From an uncultured virus (IMG/VR IMGVR_UViG_3300033121_000902) (taxonomy: Duplodnaviria > Heunggongvirae > Uroviricota > Caudoviricetes), in IMG/VR virus record IMGVR_UViG_3300033121_000902: a stretch of DNA of 64,000 nt, one strand, 5' to 3'. The translations under genes were made by a program, and so were the position numbers. Of this stretch, positions 20,858 through 32,261 are shown piece after piece (within the stretch, counting starts at the first letter, position 1; each line of letters begins with the position of its first letter). Under the pieces are notes generated by a model. It had not been told where the DNA came from, made no database searches, and saw only the letters and a list, made by a program, of their open reading frames with translations.

Positions 20858-21466
20858 AAAAAACTTTTTTATCTTGCGTCTAAGTCAACATTTTCACATT
20901 GACTAAGCCAAAAAGAAATTCTCACAATAAATTCTACAAAGCCAATTAGCAAGAAAGGGCTAGTGTAGAAAAGTAAAATCCAAATCATTTTTCACCGCTC
21001 TGAAAATTGAATTCGTGATTTATCTTTAATTAATCCAGCCTCTCGTAAATCACTAAATAACTTGTCGAGACTAGACCAAAACCCGCTATCACCGCACGCA
21101 CGACTAAAAGTTTTATCGTGATGAAAATAACCGTTTCGAGTTTTAGACCAACAATACCATTTTCCCCAATCGCGGATATAACCGATAGTTAACATAAATT
21201 TTCCTTCTTCAAAAGAATTTTTTCTTTTTGTCGAGAAATATCTTTCTGTTTATTTTTATGCGTTCCTACACCACTTCTATGCGGACAATGCCCGCGAGAA
21301 ATTTTTGTCTGTTTAACCTCGATTTGTATGGTGAAGCTTTTCATATGACTATTATAACACCAAATCAGAGCATTGTCAACCTCTTTCTCTTTTATGTCTA
21401 AAATATCCCGCGATAATACCTACTATTAGTAGTAATATTAGTAGGGAACTAGACATAAAGTCCCCT

Positions 21467-22222
21467 TTATACTACTGTTAAAGAAATCTTTTTTGACCCG
21501 CGTCCATATGTCCCGACACCTTTCAATGCTACTTTTGCTTTTTGTGCTTTACTCCCTTTAGGCTGAATACCATGAATGAGCAGAGCAAAATCAGCCCCGA
21601 AGTTTTGGGCGTGCCAGTCGTCATGGTCAATTTCTAAATTGTGACGCTCCGCTTCCTCTGCTGAATAGACTACCTTTGCAGCCCGCAAATTATATTCACG
21701 AATTTGCGAATCGAAACGTGAGCCTAGACTAGCGGTTGGAATAAAATTCTTCACCGTTCCCGGTACATGTCCGTTTCCTACTTCGACAATGCGAGCGAGC
21801 CAAACGGGAATATTTTTCGTGTAGAAATAAAAAGTTTTTTCTGGCAACAATTGTGCTACGAGAATCCATGCGTCGAAATAATCTTGATTAAAGAAATCTC
21901 CAGATACATGAATACGAACATGAGTAAATTTTTTGGGCAGACTAGCAAGAATTAAATCTCGCATTTGTTCTACGGTTTTTGATTTTTTCAACAAATCAAA
22001 ATTGTTCCACCGTGATTCACGAACATTAGGAAATAAACTTTCCGAACTAGCGGAGAAGCAACGAAATAAAGTTTCTTTTCCGTCCGTAATTTTTCCGGTT
22101 TTTCTATTCGCTTTTGAAAGGCATTCCAATGCACCTGGACAAGTATATCCAGCCGGTAGCGAAAATGTAGCGACATGTTTGTCTAGTTTAGCATTACCTT
22201 TGCCGAAAGATAGGAGCTTCAT
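21467..22222 (-). CDS. GP88-like phage protein (Cys-containing, radical-SAM-related fold)
   Basis: GNAKL...FSLPAGYTCPGA..C...CFS...RIHVSGDFF...YFYTK. Confidence 0.75.
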   Translation of the reverse strand: MKLLSFGKGNAKLDKHVATFSLPAGYTCPGALECLSKANRKTGKITDGKETLFRCFSASSESLFPNVRESRWNNFDLLKKSKTVEQMRDLILASLPKKFTHVRIHVSGDFFNQDYFDAWILVAQLLPEKTFYFYTKNIPVWLARIVEVGNGHVPGTVKNFIPTASLGSRFDSQIREYNLRAAKVVYSAEEAERHNLEIDHDDWHAQNFGADFALLIHGIQPKGSKAQKAKVALKGVGTYGRGSKKISLTVV

Positions 22223-22276
22223 TACATTTTCCTTTGTTAGTGGTGTTAGACTATTATAGCATAAATTGCTAGTTAG

Positions 22277-22735
22277 TCAATTCCGATTTTCCGAATAGTA
22301 TAACACTCCCTTTTGTGGTCCGCAAGCCACACAATAACGTAGTCCATTATACTTAGGGCGGCGATGCATATGGAATTTTTTTTGGCAACCTTGACAAGTA
22401 GCTTTCCATCTTCCCTCAGGCATTTCTATTACTTGACTATCATAACAACGTTTCGGATTTGCTCCGATACGCATACAGACTAGTTTCCATTCCCAACCGT
22501 GCCCCGCCTTGAAACCAGCAATAGCATGGGCGATTTCATGTAAGATTGTATCCTTAATATCTTCGAATTTATCCATGTTTTTTTCAACATAGAAACTACT
22601 CAAAGAAATAACTTTTTTTCGATAATTGCATAATCCGGCACGACGTTTTGCCCTATCGTACTCGAATCGCCAGTCATTAAGACCGTGCTGTTTCATTAAT
22701 TCAATAGCTACAGTAGTAATGTCATTAGTGTTCAT
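22277..22735 (-). CDS. SprT-like zinc metalloprotease with C-terminal Zn ribbon (likely start MNTND)
   Basis: RRAGLC, TILHEIAHA, GHGWEW, CQGC...CVAC; the ORF's longer 5' extension overlaps its promoter. Confidence 0.88.
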   Translation of the reverse strand: MNTNDITTVAIELMKQHGLNDWRFEYDRAKRRAGLCNYRKKVISLSSFYVEKNMDKFEDIKDTILHEIAHAIAGFKAGHGWEWKLVCMRIGANPKRCYDSQVIEMPEGRWKATCQGCQKKFHMHRRPKYNGLRYCVACGPQKGVLYYSENRN

Positions 22736-22873
22736 GATTAAATTATAACAGGTTAACGCCAGGAAGCAAGGGGAGAATGGAAATTTGTTTTGTGCGGGAA
22801 TGGTATGGCGTTGGCCCGCCCGCTTGCGTTTCAAACATCTGTCAAACGGATTTCTTTGGGCGAGACAAATTGT

Positions 22874-23401
22874 TCAGTCTCCATCATGTAAATACGTCTG
22901 CAAAAATGAATCTACTAGCTTATATAGTTCAATTACTTTATCTACGGCTAGCTGCTTGATTAACCGTCGATGAATTACCATATCGGTATTTACGCAATGA
23001 TGCCAAGGATTGCCTAACATACTTAACTTAATAGGTTGTTCAGCGACCAACTTATCAAAATGTTCCGCTCTTTCTTTCTCAATATTATATCTAACTTGCT
23101 CAGCATTTTTCTTAGCCTTGCATTGTTCTATATATATAACTCTATCATTAATAGCTTTGATAATTTTATCGTATAGTTTAGTCTTCCAATCATAGCCTGA
23201 TAGAGCCATCCATGATACATGTTGGTCTTTTAGATTGCAAGTTATATTAACTTGTTTGCACGTATCACTATCTCGGTCGTAGTAACTTCGTCCACGCTTG
23301 TTTAAGCCTATACCATTAGGCAAAGCTTTATCAATTTGTTTAACGCAACCAATCGTTGGTTGTTCGGGCAGACTATCAATAAGTTCTTTAAGCGTAGCCA
23401 T
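22874..23401 (-). CDS. hypothetical protein
   Basis: 175-aa ORF in operon with 23403..23591. Confidence 0.55.
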   Translation of the reverse strand: MATLKELIDSLPEQPTIGCVKQIDKALPNGIGLNKRGRSYYDRDSDTCKQVNITCNLKDQHVSWMALSGYDWKTKLYDKIIKAINDRVIYIEQCKAKKNAEQVRYNIEKERAEHFDKLVAEQPIKLSMLGNPWHHCVNTDMVIHRRLIKQLAVDKVIELYKLVDSFLQTYLHDGD

Positions 23402-23683
23402 GTTAGCCCACTTTCATTGTAAGATTGAGCATGCGTGCAGTATTAACCAAGTATTCTACTTGTTTTCTGTTAATGCTATTTACTGATGAGACTACATTAC
23501 CTTGCGGGCAGATAAGGTAGTACCATTTTTCGTTCTCACCGTGAATTTTGGGTTGCACTTTGTACATTTCTTTCGATTCCACATTTTCCATAGTTGTTAC
23601 CTCCTTTCGTCACATTATAACAGAAAGCTTCGCTTTCGCAAGGCCAGAATTTAGTTTTTCTTAGCGTTCCGCCCCCCGCTACG

Positions 23684-23730
23684 AAAAAATCCCTAGCTCC
23701 ACAGTTAGGAAGCTAGGGACTTTTTACTTT
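23684..23730. terminator. probable bidirectional terminator after DUF932 gene
   Basis: TCCCTAGCT...AGCTAGGGA stem flanked by A-run and T-run. Confidence 0.7.
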
Positions 23731-23732
23731 TA

Positions 23733-24788
23733 TTATACGGCCAACATTTCCAAAGCAACCTTTAAAGCTTTGCTGTTCAAAGCTTGATTTTGACCAAACC
23801 ACAGCGAATTCATTCGGGTATCGTTATTGTGACCTTTCCGGTAATTGATGTACTCATTCACAGCATTGTAAAGGGTCCATAGAGAACCGCGAGTAGAAAG
23901 GATATTGCTTCCGAGACCACTTTCAAAATTTTTCGTGACTTCTTCAATAGTACACTTTTGATTTTCTTTTTCGTGAGTTAGTGCTAGTTGCACCATTTCG
24001 CGAGCCATACCGGTATGTGACTCATGAATATCACAAATTTCACCGATAATGTTTTTGGAACGTGTGCTAATCTTGCTGTCGTCTTCTTCAAAATCAAAGA
24101 CTAGCTTGACGTATCGCTTCAAGTCGCTGAAATTAACATTCTTATTCGCGAGAAGGCGGTATTGTTCAGCCGTCGCCTCAAATTGTTGGTCCGCAATGTT
24201 GATGATATCGCGAATCTTTTCAAGATTGAATTCGACTTCCTTAGTATGACGAACGCGAATCAATTCGCTAGCCTTATCCTTATGGGCAAGAGCAAGCGTA
24301 TTCGCACAGACTACGCGAATCGGAGTGAAGCCGACACGCACGGCAGTCGTGCCATCATGACTATTGCTGAGCAATACGAACTTGACGATTTCATCATCCT
24401 TGCCGACTACGATATTCGGACGATTGATTTTCGCCAGTACCCAAACCTTTCGTCCTTCCGCTAGACTACCAGCAGTCTCGAAAGAAGCTTCTTTCGCAGC
24501 CATGAATGGAGCGAAGAAATCGAAAGCAAACTTATTTTGCAAAGGATGTGTATTCGGTCCAACAATACCCAAGACTTTCTTATTATCCGAGCGTCGGAAA
24601 ACCTTACCGAAATCAGCAAGCGAAGCACCATCTGACGGACACTGAGGAATCTCTTCTTCCACAGTCCAATCAAGACCGGCATCGACAATCGCTTGTGCCG
24701 GACTATCAGGAGCTTCCGTAAGGACTTTGCCCAGACCATGCCAAGGAGTTTCCTTAACCGAGAACATGCTTTCAACTTGATGAGCCAT
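23733..24788 (-). CDS. DUF932 (TIGR03299-like) phage/plasmid protein
   Basis: MAHQVESMFSVKETPWHGLG, AGLDWTV, FETAGSL..GRKVW, NSHDGT, TPIRVVCANTL, W..YNAV.EY. Confidence 0.92.
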   Translation of the reverse strand: MAHQVESMFSVKETPWHGLGKVLTEAPDSPAQAIVDAGLDWTVEEEIPQCPSDGASLADFGKVFRRSDNKKVLGIVGPNTHPLQNKFAFDFFAPFMAAKEASFETAGSLAEGRKVWVLAKINRPNIVVGKDDEIVKFVLLSNSHDGTTAVRVGFTPIRVVCANTLALAHKDKASELIRVRHTKEVEFNLEKIRDIINIADQQFEATAEQYRLLANKNVNFSDLKRYVKLVFDFEEDDSKISTRSKNIIGEICDIHESHTGMAREMVQLALTHEKENQKCTIEEVTKNFESGLGSNILSTRGSLWTLYNAVNEYINYRKGHNNDTRMNSLWFGQNQALNSKALKVALEMLAV

Positions 24789-25157
24789 TGTAGTTTCCTT
24801 TTCACTAGGGTTATGTGTTGGTCACTTCTATACTCAAATTATAACACGTTTCGCATGGATTGCAATAGCTACGTAAGGAAAAAAGAAGGGAATTTTTTGG
24901 GCGGGGCGGGAATCGCTAACAAATTTTTTGCAATAATTCTTTACCGTGAATAACTTCTTGCAGTTCTGTTAAGGTATATTCTCCGCGAGGTTTACGTAGA
25001 ATTCCTGGTTTACTACGATTATATGCAGTCCCATATTGAGTAGCATATGAGCCATCATCATACATAACATATATGATATGATTAGTATATAATGCTGATG
25101 CTGGCGAAACTTCACAAAAGATAGTTTCTCTTTCGTAATGTTGTACATGAATACTAC

Positions 25158-25547
25158 TCATTTTGTCACCATAAAACCAATTTCGGAACTATACCAAAAC
25201 TTGGAACATCCAAGTTCACGCAAAATACTATGGCAGCATTTACATGGTTTACTCATGCGGCAATCACCGCTTCTCGTTAACCTTATATTGATAGCCTCAA
25301 AAGGTTTTTTGCCTAGTAAACCTTTAGCTTTTTTATAAGCTTCAATTTCCGCGTGCATCTTAGGACACGCTACGCGAGAATGATAACCAAAATGCTTTTT
25401 AGGTTCTTGACTAGTATTCGTGCCCCATTCGACTATACGATTATCTTGCACGATAAAAGTATAATGCAAATAGAACTTATATTGAGCGTGTTTCTCAATA
25501 TGGTCGATTGCGGTCTTCAGAGCGTGATGAATGAGCGATTTCTTCAT
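25158..25547 (-). CDS. zinc-dependent cytidine/nucleotide deaminase-fold protein
   Basis: HAE and SKPCKCC motifs. Confidence 0.8.
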   Translation of the reverse strand: MKKSLIHHALKTAIDHIEKHAQYKFYLHYTFIVQDNRIVEWGTNTSQEPKKHFGYHSRVACPKMHAEIEAYKKAKGLLGKKPFEAINIRLTRSGDCRMSKPCKCCHSILRELGCSKFWYSSEIGFMVTK

Positions 25548-26046
25548 GACTTACATATTATAGCATGAACTACGTTCATAAGCAATAGAGAAAAAGATTT
25601 TTTAGCGTGTGGCCTACCGGCCTACACTAAAGATAGGTCATGAAGATTGTATAAAAACACTAAGCTTTTTGCATGAAAGTCATAATTTCCAACTGGTGTT
25701 TCTACAGTTATTAATTGTTCCGAATTATATTTTCCGTCAATAACTTTCCCGTAAGAATTTTCCCAAGCTATTTCAGCTTTCTTTGCCGCTCTATTAGAAA
25801 TAGAAACAGTATCTCCATTTTTCAGTTCGTAGCCGTGACGGTCTTTCATATTGTTCTCCTTGTTGGGTTTATTATAGCAGGTGCTTGCTAGCATGTCAAC
25901 GGGCAATCGGAGAAAATTGGCAAAGACAAGGCGAGTTCCGCCCCGCTACTTCCGATGACGTTTCTTTGTCCTATGCTTATTACTTACCTTTGGAATAGGT
26001 AAAAGAATTGGTAAAACACCTAGTACAATTGCTGATGAAAAAATTT

Positions 26047-26238
26047 TCATTGTTTCCTCTTATGTTCACCGCACCACATATCTAACGATACTTTAGGCCA
26101 AGCGTGTCTAAGGTCGCCATTGTCTTTCATTACTGGAGTTGGCGGATTACGTCTGCATATACCTTCGAAAGGATTTTCAAAATCCTTATGTCTAGTAAAA
26201 TATATACAGTTTTCACATCTTTCTATTTCTTCGTCCAT
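26047..26238 (-). CDS. small Cys-rich phage protein
   Basis: CENC...CRRNPP...WP.V...WCGEH. Confidence 0.6.
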   Translation of the reverse strand: MDEEIERCENCIYFTRHKDFENPFEGICRRNPPTPVMKDNGDLRHAWPKVSLDMWCGEHKRKQ

Positions 26239-26841
26239 GTCTTATCCACCTTTACTCGTTTCTTAGTGATTTTTCGCAAAGCTTTCGCCATCATATTCAT
26301 CATGAAAAAAGCTTCTTCTCTCTTGCCAGTAGAATAGCCAAATTGGAATGATTGTACTCCAATTGTTAGCGTAGGTTTACGTTCCCTCGCTGTTTCGGCT
26401 CCTCTTTTTTCAAGATGAATTTTAATCATTTTATTCCTTGTATTGATAGAAAAACTTTTTTCCAAATTTCTCTACATAAAACCCTTTCTCATCAAAGGAA
26501 AGAACAGTTTTGCCCGCTTCACAACCAATAGGAACAAAAGCTTCACCGCCATGATTAGCAGAGAAGAACCATAGACCATTATTCGCGAAGCGGAGAAAAG
26601 TTCGGGCGTCACCGCAAAAATCAATGCGTGGCTTCTCTGCTAAGTATTTCAGGAGTTCGTCTAAATTTGTTGGTTTTTTCATACCCATTTTTCTATTTCC
26701 TTCTTTAGGTCGCGTTTAACTTCAACTATCCAAGAATCTAGTTCTACTATTTTTTGGTATAGAGAATACCATTCATCTAAATTACCAAATAAGTTTTTTT
26801 CTGATTATCCCAACGTCGTACACTGTAGTACATTTTCCTTT

Positions 26842-27516
26842 TCATGATTCAATAACCTCGATAGGGATTCCAGGAAATTTTTCTTCACAAAAAGATTTTC
26901 CTTTATCATAATCTTTAAAGTGACTTAAAACAATATCTTTAGTTGTATACAAAGATATAGTATCCATGTTTGCCGTTTTATGTTTGAAAATTTTAATCTT
27001 GTCAATTTCAACCGAACAAGTAGGAGTCGGCCCATTTTCGCGGTGAACCAAATCGTAAAGGTTAAGATGATGGAAAGTTTTCGCTAGTGGATTATACCAG
27101 AAATTTCCCATACAGAAAGAGCAATAAACTAATTTCCTTTTCTCGTCGTATTTTAATTCCCCAACGCCTTCTTCGTCTCCTATGTTTCTGCTTACTAAAT
27201 AATATTCTTGGTTCGTTAATTTATAGTGATGAATAATATCTTCTGCTTCATATACGGTTTCTCGTCCTACATAATCCCAACATCGTTTAGTAGATACTTC
27301 CCTAAAATATTTTCCTCTCTTGTCTTCTAAAAGAAACATTTTTTCATCTTTATAATAGTCGCCATGAGACTTGACTAAGTAAACATTACCAACTTTTAAC
27401 TCAGAATGATTTAAAGGCTTAGCCATGATAGACCTTTCAGAGGGAACTTTCCGTGGAAAGTAGTCGCTACGAAAATCATTGATAATTGGTTTTTGTGTCA
27501 GTGTGACTGTCCACAT
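26842..27516 (-). CDS. hypothetical protein (possible internal start MAKPL)
   Basis: 224-aa ORF. Confidence 0.5.
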   Translation of the reverse strand: MWTVTLTQKPIINDFRSDYFPRKVPSERSIMAKPLNHSELKVGNVYLVKSHGDYYKDEKMFLLEDKRGKYFREVSTKRCWDYVGRETVYEAEDIIHHYKLTNQEYYLVSRNIGDEEGVGELKYDEKRKLVYCSFCMGNFWYNPLAKTFHHLNLYDLVHRENGPTPTCSVEIDKIKIFKHKTANMDTISLYTTKDIVLSHFKDYDKGKSFCEEKFPGIPIEVIES

Positions 27517-29222
27517 TTGCTAATCCTCGATATCGTTTGTTTGCTCGTCAGAGCTATCATACCATTTTCCAGAGCAGATATCAATACCCTTTCCGGCTTT
27601 ATCTGCCATTTCAGCACGTTGACTATACAGCTTAATGCGACGTTCGCGAGCTTCCGGGGTATCTTGCTTCGCCAGCGTAGTCGCTTGACGCAGCACGTTC
27701 CCAAAATCACTAGGAATTCGACGTTCGCCCAAAGCAAAGTTTTTCTTTTTCATGTTCGTTGCTCCATTTGTTATACTAACAATATAACCGAAACGGGGAA
27801 GCGTGTCAACAGATTTTCTAGCGAAAATCGAAAATAGTTGGGCGGGCGGCTATCCGCTAATTCCTCTTCCTTTCCAGGCGATATTTGGATATTCGCCGAT
27901 TTTTTCCAAGGTTTCGGTATAGATTCGTTCGCCGTACTCGTTAATACGTCGAAGATGAATAAATAACCTTGATTCAATTCCTCCGTTGCGAATGAGATTA
28001 CGGTACGCATTATCCGCTTGAATCAACGTATCGTAAGACTCTACATCTTGCGACCATTTTTGGAAAACATATACGATAACATACTTACTGTACATTGCGA
28101 TTCTCGCTGTTAAAATGGTCAAAAATCTTTTTAGCGGTTTCTGGAGAAATACCACAAGCGAATTTGTTAGAAATAGCAATCTGAATATTATAAGGAGAAG
28201 AAAAATCTTCTTTTTTCAGACGCTCCTCAATTTCATGCCAAGTGAGATACATCATACTATTTCCATGCAAAAGTTTGTCATTTTTGTAGACAACGCAGTA
28301 CCAAACAAATCCCAAAGATAGTTGCATTCTTCGGCGATAACTTGGATTCCCCACGCAACATGTTCAGGAATGTTAAACGTCATATCGCCTTTTTCGGTCC
28401 ATTTTTCTAATTCTTCTGTGCATTCAGCAAGTAGACTAGCTAATTCGTGACCGTGCGAATAGCGATGACCAACAAAGTCGATAGCTTGACGTTCGGAATA
28501 AGTGAGGGTGAGTTGATACATGATTCGCTCCGTGTCGTGTGTTGTTCTATGCTAGTATTCTACTATATTTCACTACGCGAATCAAGAGGAAAAAAGAATT
28601 TTTCTTGGCGGGTCGCTCTCCGCTATTCAAACCTGAAAGAAATATTATGGATTTTCATATAACCAGCGATAAACATACGCTGTTGAAAATCGGTAGCATT
28701 TGGGCAACAACGCCGAAAATCTTCCAAATGACCTTTGATATCATTAAGTTTGCAAATCATTTGCGAGATAGGCATATCTCCGCTCTTAACAAAAGATTGG
28801 CAATGTCCTTGTTTGATGTTAGAACCGCCGTAAACGCCATCATCTTTTTCGTTCATGATTCACCTTTGGTTGAACTAGATTGGGAGTGATGTTGATAATA
28901 GAATTATAGCACGCTTTGCGTGTGAAATCAATAGGAAAAGTACGCTTTTTAGCGGTTCGCCGCCCGCTTGCTATCCTAGTCGGACGCAAGCAGAGCGGTT
29001 AGGGAGTGACATTACATATAAGGCATATCATCATCGCCGTTTACGCTTTGGTCACTTTCCCAATCATCTTGGTCATTATTGTTAGCTAACGGAACATCGT
29101 CCATAGGTAAAATCAATCCCGCTTGTTCACCCGTTAGCCCTTCGCCGCAACAATCGCAGCAATCATCATCATCAAGAACACGTAGTTCGCCGCACTCTTT
29201 GCATTTACCACGATTACCCATG

Positions 29223-29573
29223 TTAGATTTCCTTGTTACAGATTTTACGGATATATTTTTCAACCAATTCTTTTGCTACTCGCAAGTCAATAATACCTAA
29301 GCGTTGACGAACGTCTTTGACTACGCGAACCTTAGTATCAGACAAAGCATACCCCTGCCCATCAACTTTAGGATTACCGCTTTTAAGCGTTTGAATTTCC
29401 GCGTAGGTTAGTTCGCCCACCATTTGGTTATTTTGTTCAACGAACTTGTTAAGTATTTTTAAAGAAATTTTTTCGAAAGCTTCCACCGTCTCAGGCAAAT
29501 CGTATTGAACGTAAGCATCACCCATAGCAACAATAGTTTTGCAAACGTCGATAATCTTTTGTGCGACCAGCAT
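29223..29573 (-). CDS. protein with C-terminal ribosomal bL12 (L7/L12) CTD-like domain
   Basis: KVRVVKDVRQRLGIIDLRVAKELVE parallels the bL12 CTD consensus K(I/V)xVIKxVRxxTGLGLKEAKDLVE; directly downstream of tRNA-Glu. Confidence 0.65.
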   Translation of the reverse strand: MLVAQKIIDVCKTIVAMGDAYVQYDLPETVEAFEKISLKILNKFVEQNNQMVGELTYAEIQTLKSGNPKVDGQGYALSDTKVRVVKDVRQRLGIIDLRVAKELVEKYIRKICNKEI

Positions 29574-29609
29574 AGTAGAAATCCTTAGCAAAGAGGGTTG
29601 TGACTAAAT

Positions 29610-29682
29610 TACCACGGACGAGAATCGAACTCGTATCTTCGGATTGAGAATCCGATGTTCTGAACCGTTGAACCACCGTGGC
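29610..29682 (-). tRNA. tRNA-Glu(CUC)
   Basis: GCCACGG/CCGTGGT acceptor, anticodon arm TCGGA-TTCTCAA-TCCGA, own promoter at ~29695-29722. Confidence 0.92.
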
Positions 29683-31227
29683 GTTCATGTATGTATTATA
29701 TCATGGTCTATTAGTGAAATCAATAGCAAAAAAACTTTTTTAAGGCGTCGGCCCGCTCGCTACTGAAATACCATTACTTTTGAATTACATTCATACTTCT
29801 CATAGAAAAGCTTTTCAGCTTCCTCTTTAGTCTCACAATTGAATCTATCCTGAATATGATAGAAAATTCCAATTGCTCCGACCTTGCGAGCATTCGCACA
29901 TGATACGATGAATTCCATAGCTGGTTTATCCAATGAGTTCGATGTGATAGCTACGCAAATTGTTGGGCCATCCTGAAACATTACAGTATTCTATCCCTTC
30001 TACAAATTCAGATTGTCCGATGAATGTTACAATACCTTCAGCTGTTTGTACATTTTTACATGTGACATAGTTAAAAGAAACTTTGTCTCCGAGTTTCACA
30101 GGTGAACCGTTGCGGTCTTTCATGATTTAACTCCTTGTTAATCTATATTAGATTGTAGCATTGATAAGCAAGGAAGTCAATGGGAAAATTTATTTTTAAG
30201 CGGTTACCCGCTCGCTATACCACTTCTTTCCAAAAATTCACAATAATGAATTGTACTTTGATTGGTTTATTCTTGTATATAATAAAATGCTCTCCATTCA
30301 TTCTATATACTGTACCTTCATATTTTTCATGCTCTCTGTTGATAAGGAAGACACATTCATCAACATGTTGAACATCGTATTTTTCCAATAGTTCGCGTGC
30401 TGATTCAGGCATGTTTTTTATCCTTATCAAAAAAACTTTTTACATCATTAAATTCTTGCGAGTCCTTAATAGTAAACACAGCATGCAAATCATTGGCTTC
30501 ATCAATTCTTTTCAATAAAGCCTCAACAGCAGCAGGAAGTTCAGCCTCAGTAATAACCTTCCTATAAGCCCCGCAAGCCCAACATTTGTATTTGTTGGAA
30601 ATGTTGTAGCCTTGAACGTCGAACTTCAGGCCGCAATTTTTGCAAATCATTTTCCATACCCTTCCTTGCTAAGCGTTTGTTTTTTCAAACGTCGAAGTCT
30701 ACGCCTAGCTTTTGATTTCATTTTTCTGGGTGAGCAGTTATATGGGTTACAGCATTGGCAATGCCAACCACCACAACCTCCATCAAGTTTTGGGATACAA
30801 AAATAATCTTTTTTCAGTGACATATTAGCCCCTTCCGCCGATTCGAACGGCATTTCCCGGAGAATATTACTTCCGGTCGGGTTCCCACTCCCATGAGTCG
30901 GGTTATGTACTAACATTATAGCCTAACGGACTAACGAAAGCAATAGTAAAAAAAGATTTTTTAGCGTTTGCCGCCTCGCTAAGTTTTTAAACAAGCAGTA
31001 AGGCAAATCATAAACAGGAAAAGTAAAACTCCGCATACAGCGTCAGGATTAAATCCGTTCACTATAATTTTGCAGGTGAGTACTAATCCAACAAAAACAG
31101 TGCATAGGAAAAAGAAAATGCGGAATAACCAAATCATATTATATCTCCTTGTTAGGTACATTATAAACGGTTTGCGTTGTGAAGTCAATAGGAAAATCTT
31201 TTTTTGTGGCGTTTAGCCACTCGCTAT

Positions 31228-31515
31228 AAAAACGAAGCGACGACCAAAAAGGCCCGAAGGCATCATTCTTGGTCGTCTTCGTCTAGTTCAGCTTGCAGAG
31301 AAGCGTCAACACTAGTATACATAGTGGGCATATATTAGTGTATACTACTTGCCCAAGGCAGTATACAGATAATGGATAGTTTGTCAATACCCTCGCGGCG
31401 TTGTTTGCCCTACTTCTGGTCGTACCCTGGTACGCACAGAGCATAGTTCAACTCGTTTCGCTTTAGGAGCGACCTTTGGGTAACTAGTTCGCTGTCATTA
31501 TCATCAGCGTTGACT
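31228..31515 (-). ncRNA. candidate ~290-nt structured non-coding RNA
   Basis: Own promoter TTGCAT-N16-TATAAT (31548-31521), 10-bp closing stem, internal hairpins, terminal hairpin with TTCG loop plus T5; no RBS-led ORF seen. Confidence 0.55.
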
Positions 31516-31916
31516 TATGTATTATAGCAGACTTACGCTTAAATGCAATAGAAAAAAGCTTTTTTTCTTAGCGTGCCGCTCCACTCTCACCTATATAACT
31601 TTTCCTCATAGAATATAGGGACGCCTGAACCGGACTCTTCCATGTTGGATTTTTGGCGTTGAGCAACGATGGCCTTCCTTGCTAATTCTGTTGCTCTCTT
31701 TGGTGACCGATGCAAAACTTTTGCTCGGAAAGAAAAGTATTTTCCGTTTGGATTGCAAAATGGGCCATAAGCGTCAAGAATTTCGCAAGTGAAGTATGTT
31801 TTCATATTAATATGATAGACGATTAGCTCTGACTTGTCAATAGTAGCTTGCTAGAATTATTGATATTGGCGTTTGCCCGCCCGCCACGCGGCAGCGGATT
31901 GGATAGGGAAATACTT

Positions 31917-32132
31917 TTACCAATCGCAATCATCATGGAACATACCATAATCTTCATCAGTTCCCCAACCAGCCGACGCAAGCGTGTCAGCATCAGCCTC
32001 AACATCAGACATATGGTCTTCAAATTCCAAATCCTCATAGATAGGGAATTCATCTTGTTCGTCAAGCTCAAGCTCAAGACGAACGTCATTACCTTCAGTG
32101 TACGCATCTTCAGGACCGTAGAAATCTTCCAT
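31917..32132 (-). CDS. highly acidic small protein (possible DNA mimic)
   Basis: 27 of 71 residues D/E, one R, no K; LASAGWGTDEDYG motif; RBS AAGGAG and own promoter. Confidence 0.7.
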   Translation of the reverse strand: MEDFYGPEDAYTEGNDVRLELELDEQDEFPIYEDLEFEDHMSDVEADADTLASAGWGTDEDYGMFHDDCDW

Positions 32133-32261
32133 AGCAATCTCCTTGTTATACTATCATTATAGACTTGTAGTCTACTATAGTCAAGAGATTTAATTGAATT
32201 TTTATTGGTAAGGCGTTTGCCCGCCCGCTACTGCACGATTGTACAGTAGCAGCGTAGCCGC

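Noticed and set aside
24049..24953. Plus-strand and alternative-frame ORFs over DUF932 and other early genes
   Set aside because: They overlap well-supported minus-strand genes and carry no recognisable motifs.
31455..31510. Hammerhead ribozyme (CTGATGA...GAAAC on the minus strand)
   Set aside because: No stem II joins CTGATGA to GAAA, and no stem III/NUH site could be built.
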